The translations under genes were made by a program, and so were the position numbers. Positions 18,931 through 29,005 of a stretch of DNA of 38,145 bases are shown here, in pieces. Within the stretch, counting starts at the first letter, position 1. Each line of letters begins with the position of its first letter. The notes under the pieces are model-generated. The model saw only the letters and a list, made by a program, of their open reading frames with translations, was not told the origin of the DNA and searched no databases. The DNA is taken from positions 1 to 38,145 of the forward strand of contig CAXTTL010000017.1 of the NCBI GenBank assembly GCA_964247135.1. Direction: 5' to 3'. Origin of the DNA: an uncultured Deinococcales bacterium. Its GTDB lineage: Bacteria > Deinococcota > Deinococci > Deinococcales > JAAFIG01.

Positions 18931-19478
18931 CCGAACGATTTGATTTGTCAGCCGCGATCACCGCCCTGAACGCTGGGGATGTGGTGGGGCGACGCAACTT
19001 TGAAGCCTACCGCGATTGGGCAAAACTCGAGCGGGATTGGCTCGAGCCAGAAGAACTCACGCACCTCGAGCGGGCGATGGAATTTGTGCGGAAACGCAAT
19101 CGGTCTTTGGTGGAAGCCCTCGAGCGCACCAAAAATCCGTCACGCGCAGTTGAAAACCAACCAATGGACATTGCCAATCTGAGTGCGATGGCTCGAGAAT
19201 TGCGGGCATTAAAACAAGTGAATGATGCCTCGAGACGCGACCAAAAAGCGTTGGTGGCACGACTGAAAGCCGAAGATGTTTACTACGACGCTTGGGAGGC
19301 TCGACTGCGATCTGCTGAAGAAGAATTTGAAACTTTGTGGAACGCGGTGGATGAATTGATTCGCCTCTCGAGTGCCAGTGCGCCGAGGTTGGAGAAGCTC
19401 GAGAAGCGGGTGGGGTTTCGCTTCTTGCGGCAGCAAAATCACTCTAAAGATTCAAAGCTCAACGATACTAATACCTAG
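18927..19478 (+). CDS. Hypothetical coiled-coil protein, 3' end altered by IS630 insertion
   Basis: ATGA-coupled to parB; stop codon lies inside the IS end. Confidence 0.65.
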   Translation: MTERFDLSAAITALNAGDVVGRRNFEAYRDWAKLERDWLEPEELTHLERAMEFVRKRNRSLVEALERTKNPSRAVENQPMDIANLSAMARELRALKQVNDASRRDQKALVARLKAEDVYYDAWEARLRSAEEEFETLWNAVDELIRLSSASAPRLEKLEKRVGFRFLRQQNHSKDSKLNDTNT

Positions 19479-20191
19479 CTAACGAAGTTTTGAGACTTTA
19501 TTTCAGGATACAAACGCCTCAACTTGATCCGCGCATCCGAAGTCCGAAACTGCCAATTAATTCGTACCTGTGCAGCATTCCGCTTCACCGACCATGCTTG
19601 TGCCTCACGTTCCAAACAGACCAAATTCTCAATCCGACGATGCAAACATTGCGACGACAACGCAGACAACTCAATCTCTGCCATATCCAACCAACTCGCA
19701 TGCTCAGGCGTGTAATGCCACTCGAACTTACGAGCGATAGTCCGCGCCAATTCTGGCTCAAATGCCTTGTACAATGCTCCAAGACCATGTGTGGCAAGGT
19801 TATCCGTCACCAACACAATCTTGTCAGCCTCAGGGTAATCCTCAAACACCAATCCTTTGAGAATCTCTGCCAACTCGAGTTGCGTATGATTCTCTTTGAC
19901 CCAGACGCGACGCTTTCCTACAAGCGGCTCGACGGCCAGGAAAACATGACCAACCCCGTTGCGTTCGTACACGTAATCCTGACGACTTGGTTGACCCGGT
20001 TTCATTGGAAGACTTCCGTCTGGTGTTCCATGCAATTCTTTTAAGGCTTCATCAAGGCACACCACAGGATGTGCCGGATCATAAGGGCGAGCATAAACAT
20101 CGAGTACATCCTCCATTTTTGCAACAAAGTTCGCGCTTGGACGAGCAATACACCAGCTTTTCACCTGCCACGGTTTAAGCTCGTTTTTTTT
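19475..20191 (-). CDS. IS630 transposase OrfB (DDE), joined by -1 frameshift at an A8 run
   Basis: VVCLDE, LVTDNLATH, HYTPEHASWLDMAEIE; the A8 run at 20184-20191 gives KKNELKPWQVKSWC in the -1 frame. Confidence 0.88.
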   Translation of the reverse strand, partial: KKNELKPWQVKSWCIARPSANFVAKMEDVLDVYARPYDPAHPVVCLDEALKELHGTPDGSLPMKPGQPSRQDYVYERNGVGHVFLAVEPLVGKRRVWVKENHTQLELAEILKGLVFEDYPEADKIVLVTDNLATHGLGALYKAFEPELARTIARKFEWHYTPEHASWLDMAEIELSALSSQCLHRRIENLVCLEREAQAWSVKRNAAQVRINWQFRTSDARIKLRRLYPEIKSQNFVS

Positions 20192-20616
20192 AGGCGTTTA
20201 TACACTGCGACATTGCTCAACGCATCCACGTAGCCGAGCGTGACCATTTGTTCAGCCAGCAATCGGAGTGTCCAACGTTTACGACCTTCGGGTGGTTCAC
20301 TGCACGCGAGGAGGACCAGTTTGGCTTCAAGATCACCCGTGATTTTGGGTGGTGCTCCAGTCCGTGGTCGGTCATGAAGGGCATCATGAAGTCCGTTCAG
20401 CGTAAAGGCACGACATATGCGAACCACGCGGTCTTTACTGCAATCGAGGAGTTGAGCAATCTCACTCTGGGTTTTATGTTTTGGTTGGTTGCGATCTGCG
20501 TAGAGCAACATTTGTGCTCGAGCGATGACTCGAGAGTGGTGTTTGCCTCTACGAGTGTAGTTGAGGAGTTGACTGCGTTCTTCGGGGGTCAGGCGAACTG
20601 GGAGGTGTTGGCTCAT
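20161..20616 (-). CDS. IS630 transposase OrfA (HTH)
   Basis: RAQMLL...RPRTGAP...LACSEPPEGRKRWTLRLLA. ATG 20616 is inside the IS; the ORF-track start (20742) lies outside it. Confidence 0.9.
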   Translation of the reverse strand: MSQHLPVRLTPEERSQLLNYTRRGKHHSRVIARAQMLLYADRNQPKHKTQSEIAQLLDCSKDRVVRICRAFTLNGLHDALHDRPRTGAPPKITGDLEAKLVLLACSEPPEGRKRWTLRLLAEQMVTLGYVDALSNVAVYKRLKKTSLNRGR

Positions 20617-20738
20617 ACTTAAGTGTGCTACAAAATCATGAAATTTTGTTAGCAAGGTACTAACCAACTTCATCAAAATAAGAGAGAAAAACCAAGATGA
20701 CATTTCTGGGTGTTTTAAGGCACAAAAGGATTTGAAAT

Positions 20739-23171
20739 TCAAGTTGGTTTTACCCGAAGGCGAAGTTTGGTGCGAATTTGTTCTAATTTTTCGGATTTAT
20801 TTTTTGCGTCGTTTTCATTTTCCCCTTTGATCGAATTTAAGTGCTCGATCAATCTGTTGAGAAATTCTTCAAGGTCGTCCAGCACCCATCGTGGTACTGG
20901 GATTTTTTTGATTGCAATTCCGAGCGATTCGCTTCGGCTTTGCACGTATTGCGTTTTTTCGGGGTCAAATAAACTGATTAAGAATTTAATCATAAGTCGA
21001 TCAAGTTGAACAATAGAAGAATCAATTTTTTGCAAACACCGCAAACTGGCTAACTTCCAGCATCTCACTGCACTTGAAGTTCTACCATAGCCGAGAAAAG
21101 CAAGCCCTAAATTTGACATTGCGTGGTAATCTGCGGGATTTTCCGTGTTGGCGGACATGAAGCAAGTCATTGCTTGAAACACATGGTTTTTTTTGAGAGA
21201 TGTGTCTTTGGAAGCAATTCTTCCAAGTTGATGCCAACCCATCCAATTGAAGAAAATGTCGCGTTCTCCAGGCGAAAGTTTGGATCGCTGGTGCGGTGAC
21301 ATCAAACGAAGTTTTGTGATGACATCTTGGTATGCTTTCGCAACACTATCAAAATTATCAGTCTGCGGTTCCATAGTTCTCTTACTCAGGAGTTCACTTG
21401 TGGCAGCTAAATTAAATCTAGCGTGGATCAAGTACGGATTAAATGATATCGCCTGACGGAACGCTTGTTGTGCATTTTCCAAATGACTCCAATAATCTGA
21501 TTTCATTTGTTCGATTGGCAAACCAGTCTTTTGGCGCTCGAGTTCTGCCATTTTAGAATGCCAGATTCCGAGGCACAAAAATGCAAGCGGCTGAACCTCA
21601 TCGAGCAACACGGCTTCAAAGCATTCGGAGCTTTTTTGATAACACATATTCTGATCTTTTTTATCGCTAGAGATCGCCCCCATACTGAGGTAAGCCAAGC
21701 CAATGCGGCAAAGTAAATGTTGGGGTGCGTTGTATTCAGGTACATGTTTTGCCAACCACAAACAATATTTCATGGCTGATTCAAGACCTTCAACCAGTGC
21801 GGCATAGCTTTCCGAGGCAAGCACATCGTTCTCTTCCAGAAACCGCACTTGATCGGGATTCAGATCGGTAGCATGACGTAAATAACCCTCGAGTGCCAAG
21901 GAATAAACCTCGAAGGCGGAATATTTGCGATCCAAAAGTAAAGTTGGGTCTATGTGACTTCCAGGCAGCGCCAAAGAAGCCCAACGCCATTCTCCACTGA
22001 AACTGGCGGCAATCTGACCGCCCAGTTCCTTAACCAAATCGAGGGTACTTGCATTGTTATGCTGGTCACGGGTGCCTTGAAAAGCTTGAACATCAGTCCC
22101 TTCGACCCGAACCACGATATGCAGTTCTTTTTCTTCAATTCGTACCGAACCAATAATTGACCGTGCTGGTTTTCCAAAAGGCCACAACCGTTTCAAGACG
22201 ACAAACAACGTACCAATCTGCAAACTTGTGCTGGCAGCCGTGACTGTTCCAATTCCGACCAAGCGATCAGTCAAATCCGCCGTTGCAGGTCGCAAATCAA
22301 GAAACCAACCCGAACGTCGGGAGAAATCCCCCAACAAAGCTGGATGCTCGTGTAGACGTTTTATACGATGAAGCTCTGCCACCAGCGAATCTGAAATACT
22401 TCGGCTTAATGTTTGGTCTTTGTTGCCATCCATCGAAAAGGGTAAAACAAATACCCCAGCATCTTGTACCGTAACCCATGTCAGCAGGATAAACACAGTC
22501 CCCAGCGCAATAAACACCACCACAAGTCCAAGTTGTGCTTCGACTGACTTTCGCAAGGTTTCCAAGACTTCTGCGATTCTCGAGTTTGAATCTGAGGCTA
22601 CGCCTGTTGTCCCATTGGTTGTGTTTGAGGGGGGTGATGTACTTTTGTTATTTGTTTGTTCAGTGGTTTTGCTCAACGCGGGTGAACTTGGGCTTGGGGT
22701 TGACTTTTTGGTGACGTTCAAAGAACCCAAGCCCAATGCAATTGAACATACGAAGGCAACCAATAGCAGCGTAGGGCGGATCAGCGGCAACCCATTCAGT
22801 ATGGCTCGACGCAACCGCAGAAAACGAAAATGAAATGTTGACCAATAGAAGAAGACATATGGAATTATGATGCTTAAAAGTAATCCAACTTCAACATAAG
22901 GGTTTTGCTTGTTCAAAAACTTAAGTGTATTTTCCCAGATCTGTGACCAATTAATCGCAATGTAAACGCTATGAATTACAAACAACACCATCGCACTACA
23001 AAGCAAAAATCCTAGCAAAAGCCAGATGCCATATCGTCGCCGAAAATCTCGATCAAATCTGAATCGTTCAATTAAATACATGACCTGAACTCGGAACTCA
23101 TATCCATTTACCACATTTGAATACATCCATTCTTTGAATTGATTTGGAAATTGCTTTTTAGGCGCTGTCAT
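20739..23171 (-). CDS. Membrane protein (about 4 N-terminal TM helices) with C-terminal TPR-like region
   Basis: Hydrophobic segments in aa ~48-235; TPR-like AFRQAISFNP...ARFNLA and AMSNLGLAFLGYG; ATGA overlap with the upstream gene. Confidence 0.75.
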   Translation of the reverse strand: MTAPKKQFPNQFKEWMYSNVVNGYEFRVQVMYLIERFRFDRDFRRRYGIWLLLGFLLCSAMVLFVIHSVYIAINWSQIWENTLKFLNKQNPYVEVGLLLSIIIPYVFFYWSTFHFRFLRLRRAILNGLPLIRPTLLLVAFVCSIALGLGSLNVTKKSTPSPSSPALSKTTEQTNNKSTSPPSNTTNGTTGVASDSNSRIAEVLETLRKSVEAQLGLVVVFIALGTVFILLTWVTVQDAGVFVLPFSMDGNKDQTLSRSISDSLVAELHRIKRLHEHPALLGDFSRRSGWFLDLRPATADLTDRLVGIGTVTAASTSLQIGTLFVVLKRLWPFGKPARSIIGSVRIEEKELHIVVRVEGTDVQAFQGTRDQHNNASTLDLVKELGGQIAASFSGEWRWASLALPGSHIDPTLLLDRKYSAFEVYSLALEGYLRHATDLNPDQVRFLEENDVLASESYAALVEGLESAMKYCLWLAKHVPEYNAPQHLLCRIGLAYLSMGAISSDKKDQNMCYQKSSECFEAVLLDEVQPLAFLCLGIWHSKMAELERQKTGLPIEQMKSDYWSHLENAQQAFRQAISFNPYLIHARFNLAATSELLSKRTMEPQTDNFDSVAKAYQDVITKLRLMSPHQRSKLSPGERDIFFNWMGWHQLGRIASKDTSLKKNHVFQAMTCFMSANTENPADYHAMSNLGLAFLGYGRTSSAVRCWKLASLRCLQKIDSSIVQLDRLMIKFLISLFDPEKTQYVQSRSESLGIAIKKIPVPRWVLDDLEEFLNRLIEHLNSIKGENENDAKNKSEKLEQIRTKLRLRVKPT

Positions 23172-25510
23172 TCATTTTCTCCACTACGAGTGAGATGTGC
23201 GCCAATCTGATCAATAGTGTATGACTCGAGGAAATCGGCTTGCCCACAAATGCCCATTGCATCAACATCTATCATTGGATCAAGCACATTGACCTCACCC
23301 TGACCTGCCGCCCAAGCGCTCTCCCATAAGACCGCCAGTAAGTGCGTTCCGTTTTGCATGACTTTAATCGTGTTTGTCCCAAATTTTGTCCAGAAGAATT
23401 CCGCTCGAGCTTTTGGTTTGCCATCAAAATCGATGAAGGCTTGAACAATGTCTGTTGGTGACAGCAAGCTGAAGGTGGATCGCATCAGTTCGATGGTTTT
23501 TTGTGCGGCGCTGAATCCGTCGGCAATCAATTCGTCGGCGTTGACTTTTAGTGTGCGTTGAAGCGCATCAAGAATTTCACCCCGATGGGCGTTAACCATA
23601 TCATCTTCATAAGCCGCATGTACCCCCTTGCCCAGTGGCTCTGTCACGTCTTCATCTACACCATTGCGGTGATGTACGGTGCGGGTGACGTGTCTGAATG
23701 GGTCGCCATCGTGCAGGTACGAAACGTGCAAGGGTTGGCACGAATCACCCAGGTAATGCGTTAAGACTCCCGCAGCACACACAAATTCTGGGGCTTTGCC
23801 TTCTCGGGCAAAACGCACCATCTCATCAAAAATTTGCCAGACCCGAAACGGTAGCAATCCACGGTGGACTTTTGAAATCTTTTCCCCAGTGAGGATATCG
23901 GTCACAGATTCGTAGAAGTCATTCCAAAAATTTGGATCAATGTTTTTTGGGTTTTCGCATAGGGTCAGTAAGTCTTCACCAACCTCGTTTTTTTGATCCA
24001 TGTCAGCAAAATGGTTTGGTCCTTCAAAGGGTCTTGTATGACCTTGATGACTGAGCCTTGGTTTCCAATAGAAATCTGGTACATCCGCCAATGGCACGTT
24101 TGCCTCATCACCAAGCCCTTTGAATTCGCCGTTGCGGATGGTGCCGTCATCGGGTGCAATCAAGGTCGCATTGTTTTTCATCAATGCCGCGAGTTTGGAA
24201 TCTTGACTCGATAGTGCCCCAATCACGCTGGTGGCGATGGAAAAGTGTCCTACGGCTCCCCAAGTGTTCGGTTGGTCAAGGTTCCAATCGCGCACCAGGT
24301 CAACATCAAGCAGGTTGCAAACAGTGCTGAGGCAAGTTGCCAAAGCGTAAGACTGCGAATTTCCTGCACTACCAAGCAGGTTTGCGCCCCACTGCATGCC
24401 AATGGGGAGATACGATGCTGGCTTGGCAGAGGCTTGAATTTGGTCTCTCGTCTCTGAGGCTAATGGCTGAGGCTCGAGCAAAAACAGCGTTCCTGAGTCT
24501 CCTGGGTGGGTGCTGAATGTTGGTTGGCTATCGGAATGTTCAGAATCATTGTGATGATTAACAGAACGAGGACCGATAAAAAGATCGGCAATGTAATCGA
24601 AGCCGCCCTGAGATTTGTAACGGTAAAACAGTGCCTGAATTTCGCCTTTCATGATGCCGCTGGCAGCACCATGCCCTTGAACCCAACAACCAATCAATGC
24701 CAGACTGAGGCTGTAAACTGAAACGTCAAACATTGGTCCCATTGCGCCAATGCCCTCGATTTGTGCGGTCCAATCCTCGAGCCGATCCACATCAATCAAA
24801 CCCACATCGAGATTGACGAACACATCGTTGCCGACAAAACCAGGGTACAATTCCATGAATTTCATTCGGGTAAGTTGTTTGGCGGCAGTTACCCCAACCC
24901 GTTCAATGCGTCCTTGGCGTTGGGTGTACACGACCTCGCCTGTTTCGCCAGTCACATGCCTGTTAGTAAGGGCATACGTTTTGTGACCATCGCGCACCAG
25001 GCAGGCAATCGTTGCCACATGCCGCTGTCCTTGTACGGATGCCAGAATTGGACGACCCCCACCAATGTTGTTGAGTGGAAAGTTGATGGGGGCGGCAGGA
25101 GGCGCAACTGCCTCTCGGGGTGCTTTGATCACACAAACGGGAATGCGTCGCCCATCAGGAAGGTATAGGGTTTTGGGTACGATCTGGTCAGGATTGTACC
25201 CACCACCATCGTAAAAAGCGCTGGGCGGTATCCATTGGTTGACAAACACCAGAATTGCGGGCCACGAATACGGACGTACTTCAGAATTCTCGAGGGTGCG
25301 TTCGTCTGTTCCATGTACTTTCCCTGCGCCCTGATGGTCAGGCCAACTGTCGTCAATGCGGATTCGGTAGCGTCCTATCGCGGTGGCAACCACGTTGGGG
25401 TGGCGCATCAGGTGAATGTGATACAGGTCTTGGGCATCAAGGAGGTCTTTGAGTGAAAGTTGATCGTAGTCGTTTAAGCTGGTTTGATAGGCACGCAAGT
25501 CCATATCCAT
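23168..25510 (-). CDS. Trypsin-like (Nal1-type) serine protease fused to an S1/P1 nuclease / Zn-phospholipase C domain
   Basis: Triad LTNRH185, D235VGLI, GDS339G; then W417GAVGH, ADVPD, HFADMD, HYLGDSCQPLH, HAAYE. No signal peptide. Confidence 0.82.
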   Translation of the reverse strand: MDMDLRAYQTSLNDYDQLSLKDLLDAQDLYHIHLMRHPNVVATAIGRYRIRIDDSWPDHQGAGKVHGTDERTLENSEVRPYSWPAILVFVNQWIPPSAFYDGGGYNPDQIVPKTLYLPDGRRIPVCVIKAPREAVAPPAAPINFPLNNIGGGRPILASVQGQRHVATIACLVRDGHKTYALTNRHVTGETGEVVYTQRQGRIERVGVTAAKQLTRMKFMELYPGFVGNDVFVNLDVGLIDVDRLEDWTAQIEGIGAMGPMFDVSVYSLSLALIGCWVQGHGAASGIMKGEIQALFYRYKSQGGFDYIADLFIGPRSVNHHNDSEHSDSQPTFSTHPGDSGTLFLLEPQPLASETRDQIQASAKPASYLPIGMQWGANLLGSAGNSQSYALATCLSTVCNLLDVDLVRDWNLDQPNTWGAVGHFSIATSVIGALSSQDSKLAALMKNNATLIAPDDGTIRNGEFKGLGDEANVPLADVPDFYWKPRLSHQGHTRPFEGPNHFADMDQKNEVGEDLLTLCENPKNIDPNFWNDFYESVTDILTGEKISKVHRGLLPFRVWQIFDEMVRFAREGKAPEFVCAAGVLTHYLGDSCQPLHVSYLHDGDPFRHVTRTVHHRNGVDEDVTEPLGKGVHAAYEDDMVNAHRGEILDALQRTLKVNADELIADGFSAAQKTIELMRSTFSLLSPTDIVQAFIDFDGKPKARAEFFWTKFGTNTIKVMQNGTHLLAVLWESAWAAGQGEVNVLDPMIDVDAMGICGQADFLESYTIDQIGAHLTRSGENE

Positions 25511-25665
25511 ATGGGTGTCCTTTCGGGATCACAATTGATCGCGGTTAATTTGGTGCTGTGATAAACTCGGCTTCGTAAGCGCTTTTCAAAGACCGCCTTG
25601 ACAAAGTAAAATCACGTTTCCAAATTGGTTCAAAGATCAAGATCAAAGCATTGAAAAATTCGTGT

Positions 25666-26685
25666 TTAGAAGGTGATCGTCCAACCACGATGTCGGGCTT
25701 GGGTTTTGCTGTACGAAACCCCATGAATCTTGATGCCGTTGGGGTCAAGCAGCGTGATGCTGTCTCCTTTGTTCGAGAGCATCGGTTCTGGCAGTTCAAT
25801 CAGCGCCGTTTCACCTGCCTCGAGCATTCCCGTCAGCAGTTGCGGCGATTGTTGACGGTTCAAGAGCGACCATCCCTCGAGGTCCACCGCTTTGGTTGAG
25901 GTGTTCAGCAATGAAACTGTTTCTGCCTCACTCTGAACTGGGTTGGGAACAGCCGCGACAATCAGCACAACACCATCAGGAATGTTGCGTTGCCGTCCTG
26001 GTTGCGGTTCGGTGACCGGACGCACACCTTTCAAGGCTTGACCCGTCTGGTCATCGGTGTGCCAGGCTTGGGTTTGGAATTTTAAGAACACCGCCACCCA
26101 GTGGTTCTGGCTGGGAAACTCAAAGATCAGTCCACCATCCTGCCAGACGCCATTGTCCTTGCTGAATTGCCCTCGAGGATTGCCTTGGTTCATGTGAATG
26201 TCATGCACACCCGTGCTGGGTTCGGGATGAAAATAACTTTTTTGCGGCGGTTTTCCAGGCGCGTCTTGCCAGCGTTCACCAAACGCATAAACCCGAGCCT
26301 GCGGGTCGCCGCTGGCGCGTTGCACCCAGAATTCGATTTTGTCGTTCAGATCGTTGTCGGCTCCCGGTTTGGTGAAGGGCAGCGGCTTCATCTGGCTGGG
26401 TTCAAACAGGTTGCCACGAATGAAATCCAGCGCCACACCACCCGCTTTGGAAGGCAGGGCATGAAAAGCATCGCTCAGGGTTGGCAGTGTCTCGAGCAAA
26501 TGGTGATCAAAACCATCGACGATCAGGTATTCAACCTCACTGCCATCGGCACTTTGGACGTTGATCGGCACTCGAAACCGCACATCGCCAGTCTCGAGCA
26601 GCAATTGAAAGTGATTCGAGTTTTTCATGGCAAGTTGATGCTCGAGAATTCTTCCTTTGACCAGACCATAATGATTGAGCGGCAT
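25666..26685 (-). CDS. YukJ/DUF2278 family protein with C-terminal lamin-tail-like domain
   Basis: MPLxxYGLVKG, LDFIRGNLF, GVHDIHMNQGN, WQDGG, FLKFQTQAWHTD; C-terminal PNP...ETVSLLN...VDLEGWSL...LSNKGDSITL. Confidence 0.85.
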   Translation of the reverse strand: MPLNHYGLVKGRILEHQLAMKNSNHFQLLLETGDVRFRVPINVQSADGSEVEYLIVDGFDHHLLETLPTLSDAFHALPSKAGGVALDFIRGNLFEPSQMKPLPFTKPGADNDLNDKIEFWVQRASGDPQARVYAFGERWQDAPGKPPQKSYFHPEPSTGVHDIHMNQGNPRGQFSKDNGVWQDGGLIFEFPSQNHWVAVFLKFQTQAWHTDDQTGQALKGVRPVTEPQPGRQRNIPDGVVLIVAAVPNPVQSEAETVSLLNTSTKAVDLEGWSLLNRQQSPQLLTGMLEAGETALIELPEPMLSNKGDSITLLDPNGIKIHGVSYSKTQARHRGWTITF

Positions 26686-26805
26686 CTTTCCTCCTTGGAG
26701 AGCAGTTGAGGTTACGAGAGTTCGACTGGCGTCAAAATACTGGCGTTAAAGCAATAAAACGTATTTTGGGATTTGCAAATACAATTTTTAAGAGTTTGTC
26801 ATATG

Positions 26806-26855
26806 AACGTCGATAAAACATCGATTTTCTTACCCCTTTAAAATTGACTCAGAAA
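26806..26855 (-). repeat. 50-bp site, copy A of a distant inverted pair
   Basis: AACGTCGATAAAACATCGATTT-N16-TTGACTCAGAAA; 39/50 ungapped identity to the reverse complement of 34851-34900. Confidence 0.8.
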
Positions 26856-26932
26856 AAGTGAGCCTTCTACACTCAACTGTAATTCGGAAACTGAGTTTGG
26901 TTGGTGTTGATACTCGAGTCGGAGGATCACCC

Positions 26933-27697
26933 ATGCTCAAACCCCTGATCGCCGTTGTGATTGCAGTCTTTTTCCTGTCCACCTCGAGCTTCTCTCAAAG
27001 TCTTGGCGGCAATATCACCACTATCTTTTACGCCGATGATGTACAAGCCAAGCCAGGAAAACTCGAGATTGACCCTGCCTCTCACGCCATTGTGCGGTTC
27101 TACGATGAGGTTAAATTCGCCTTCTCGAGACGTTCTGACATTCTCAAAGCCCTGCCCAAAGGCAGTGATGTTGTGCTGTACGCCATGACCGAGAAAGCCG
27201 AAACCGATTTGTCCGTGCTGGTGGATGGCAAATGGCATTTTTTCAGCGTTAGCGTTCGCAAGGGTGTGGGTTTGCACTATTACGAAATCAAAAAGCGCGA
27301 GACGGTTTCAACAACCATCCCAACATCGGATAACAACGCGGTTATCCCCACGCCCAAACCCGCCTCACCCTCGAGTGCGTCGCTGCTTGCGCCCGATTGG
27401 ATACGCTGGAATCTCAACCCAATTTTCAGCTCGAGCAATGAAATTCGGGTCGCGTACACCCTCGAGAACACTGGTAAGCAAAGTGTAATTGCTCCTCAAA
27501 AAGACCTGCAAATTTTGCGCGACGGTCAAGCGCTCAAGTTCAGGCTCGAGAACACGGGCGAGATCAAGCTTGACCCTGGCGAGGTCTTCAACGGCATCAT
27601 CCGCATCAATGCGCCTCCTGGCACTCTGAAATTCCAGTGGAATTTGCACGTGGCGGGTTCGACCAAAACCTTCAGGCTCGAGGCAGAACTGAAATGA
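26933..27697 (+). CDS. Secreted beta-rich protein, putative conjugation component (TraK/VirB9-like)
   Basis: GGAGG RBS, signal peptide, two beta domains separated by a P/S/T linker; coupled to the next gene. Family call is from context only. Confidence 0.5.
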   Translation: MLKPLIAVVIAVFFLSTSSFSQSLGGNITTIFYADDVQAKPGKLEIDPASHAIVRFYDEVKFAFSRRSDILKALPKGSDVVLYAMTEKAETDLSVLVDGKWHFFSVSVRKGVGLHYYEIKKRETVSTTIPTSDNNAVIPTPKPASPSSASLLAPDWIRWNLNPIFSSSNEIRVAYTLENTGKQSVIAPQKDLQILRDGQALKFRLENTGEIKLDPGEVFNGIIRINAPPGTLKFQWNLHVAGSTKTFRLEAELK

Positions 27698-28953
27698 AAC
27701 GCTTTGTTGTGTTGCTGGTTTTGCTGATCTCGAGCGTCAGCGCTCAAGTGGTCGGACGGTTGTCGTATATCGAACCCGAGTCTGCCCCAGAAATCGTGAC
27801 CCGAGGTGATCTTCGGCGCTTGCCGACGGGATTTGTTGAACTGCTTCACGATGCAAGGCTCGAGCAGTGCAAACGTCAGAATTACGAGCGTTGTTCGACT
27901 TACGAGTGGAGCGTGCCATTCATGCCTGAAAGCATCGCGCAAAAGGTTGAACGCGGTCTGTCCGAAGCTTGGAATCGCTTTGATTCCCGCACCTATTGGC
28001 GCATCAACACGGCGATCAATGGCGATGGCGCGTACTGGTGGAATTGCGTCAACGCCAGCTACAACTACGATGGGATTCTAGGCATCTGGGATCGGAATAC
28101 TTCCGTCTACCTGCCAGCTTCTGAATTCTGCGATGACCTCAATCCAGAGTACGCGTTGTGGATTCCAACGTTTTGCTCGAGCATGGATGCGTTAACGCGG
28201 TGGGATCGGATTGCGACGATCTTCGCTCAAGCCTATGCCCACGCCATGACGCACTATTACCTGGATTACTGGAAAGATGTGCTCGAGGTGATCATCAAGA
28301 ACATGCCGCTCGCCTTGTGGTGGGATGGTGTGTACCCCGTGCTACCAGGTCAAACGAGTGGCTTGGTGTTGCAACCGATCATTGGATTGCCCAACCCACA
28401 GCAGTACCTCGAGTTGGCTCGAGATGCCCAGAGCCGTGATCTTCGTGGTTTTGCCTATGTGCTGGCACGATACCCGTTTCTGAATTTGCTGGGCAATGCC
28501 ATCACCAATCAAGTGCAAGAATTGGTGCGGCGTTATCCAATCGAATCCGAACAGGATGGTCAGCCAGGCTTGCAGAACCTCGAGCCGCTTAAAGCTGGAC
28601 TCTCGAGACGGGAAGGGATTTTCACGCGATCAAACCAATGGGCAACCTACCCTTGGTTGTTCAGCTCGGATGGACCAGAACCCAAAGGGAGCAGTGGGGC
28701 TGCCACGCAATACGAGTACGCGGGTGTTGGTCATGCTGTCTTTTTCGCGGCACAATCGAAATTCATCCTCGAGTTCAGCCCTCGAGTGCCGATCTTCTGG
28801 CGGATGTGTTTCACCGAAAGTTTCCCGCCTATTCCAATTCCGATCCCTGTGCCAATGCCGATGGTTCATGCCGTCTCGAGGGTGGACACGCAGTGGTTGA
28901 GTGTCCCTGAAGGTTATCCGATTCCTGGGGTGAAGGGCGTGCCACTGTTTTGA
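27694..28953 (+). CDS. Secreted Cys/Trp/Pro-rich protein, putative conjugation component (TraU-like)
   Basis: Signal peptide MKRFVVLLVLLISSVSA; several Cys; ATGA overlap. Family call is tentative. Confidence 0.45.
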   Translation: MKRFVVLLVLLISSVSAQVVGRLSYIEPESAPEIVTRGDLRRLPTGFVELLHDARLEQCKRQNYERCSTYEWSVPFMPESIAQKVERGLSEAWNRFDSRTYWRINTAINGDGAYWWNCVNASYNYDGILGIWDRNTSVYLPASEFCDDLNPEYALWIPTFCSSMDALTRWDRIATIFAQAYAHAMTHYYLDYWKDVLEVIIKNMPLALWWDGVYPVLPGQTSGLVLQPIIGLPNPQQYLELARDAQSRDLRGFAYVLARYPFLNLLGNAITNQVQELVRRYPIESEQDGQPGLQNLEPLKAGLSRREGIFTRSNQWATYPWLFSSDGPEPKGSSGAATQYEYAGVGHAVFFAAQSKFILEFSPRVPIFWRMCFTESFPPIPIPIPVPMPMVHAVSRVDTQWLSVPEGYPIPGVKGVPLF

Positions 28954-29005
28954 AGGCTGGCTTACTGCACGAAATACGCCATTTCCGATTCTCGAGCACG
29001 AGAAG

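Larger units (their letters stand above)
19471..20660 (-). mobile_element. IS630-family insertion sequence (1190 bp) with TA target duplication
   Basis: Imperfect TIRs ATACCTAGCTAACGAAGTTT and (reverse complement) GTACCTTGCTAACAAAATTT; TA at 19469-19470 and 20661-20662. Confidence 0.9.

Noticed and set aside
20617-20742. N-terminal extension of IS630 OrfA in the ORF track
   Set aside because: It crosses the IS end at 20660; the real start is probably ATG 20616.
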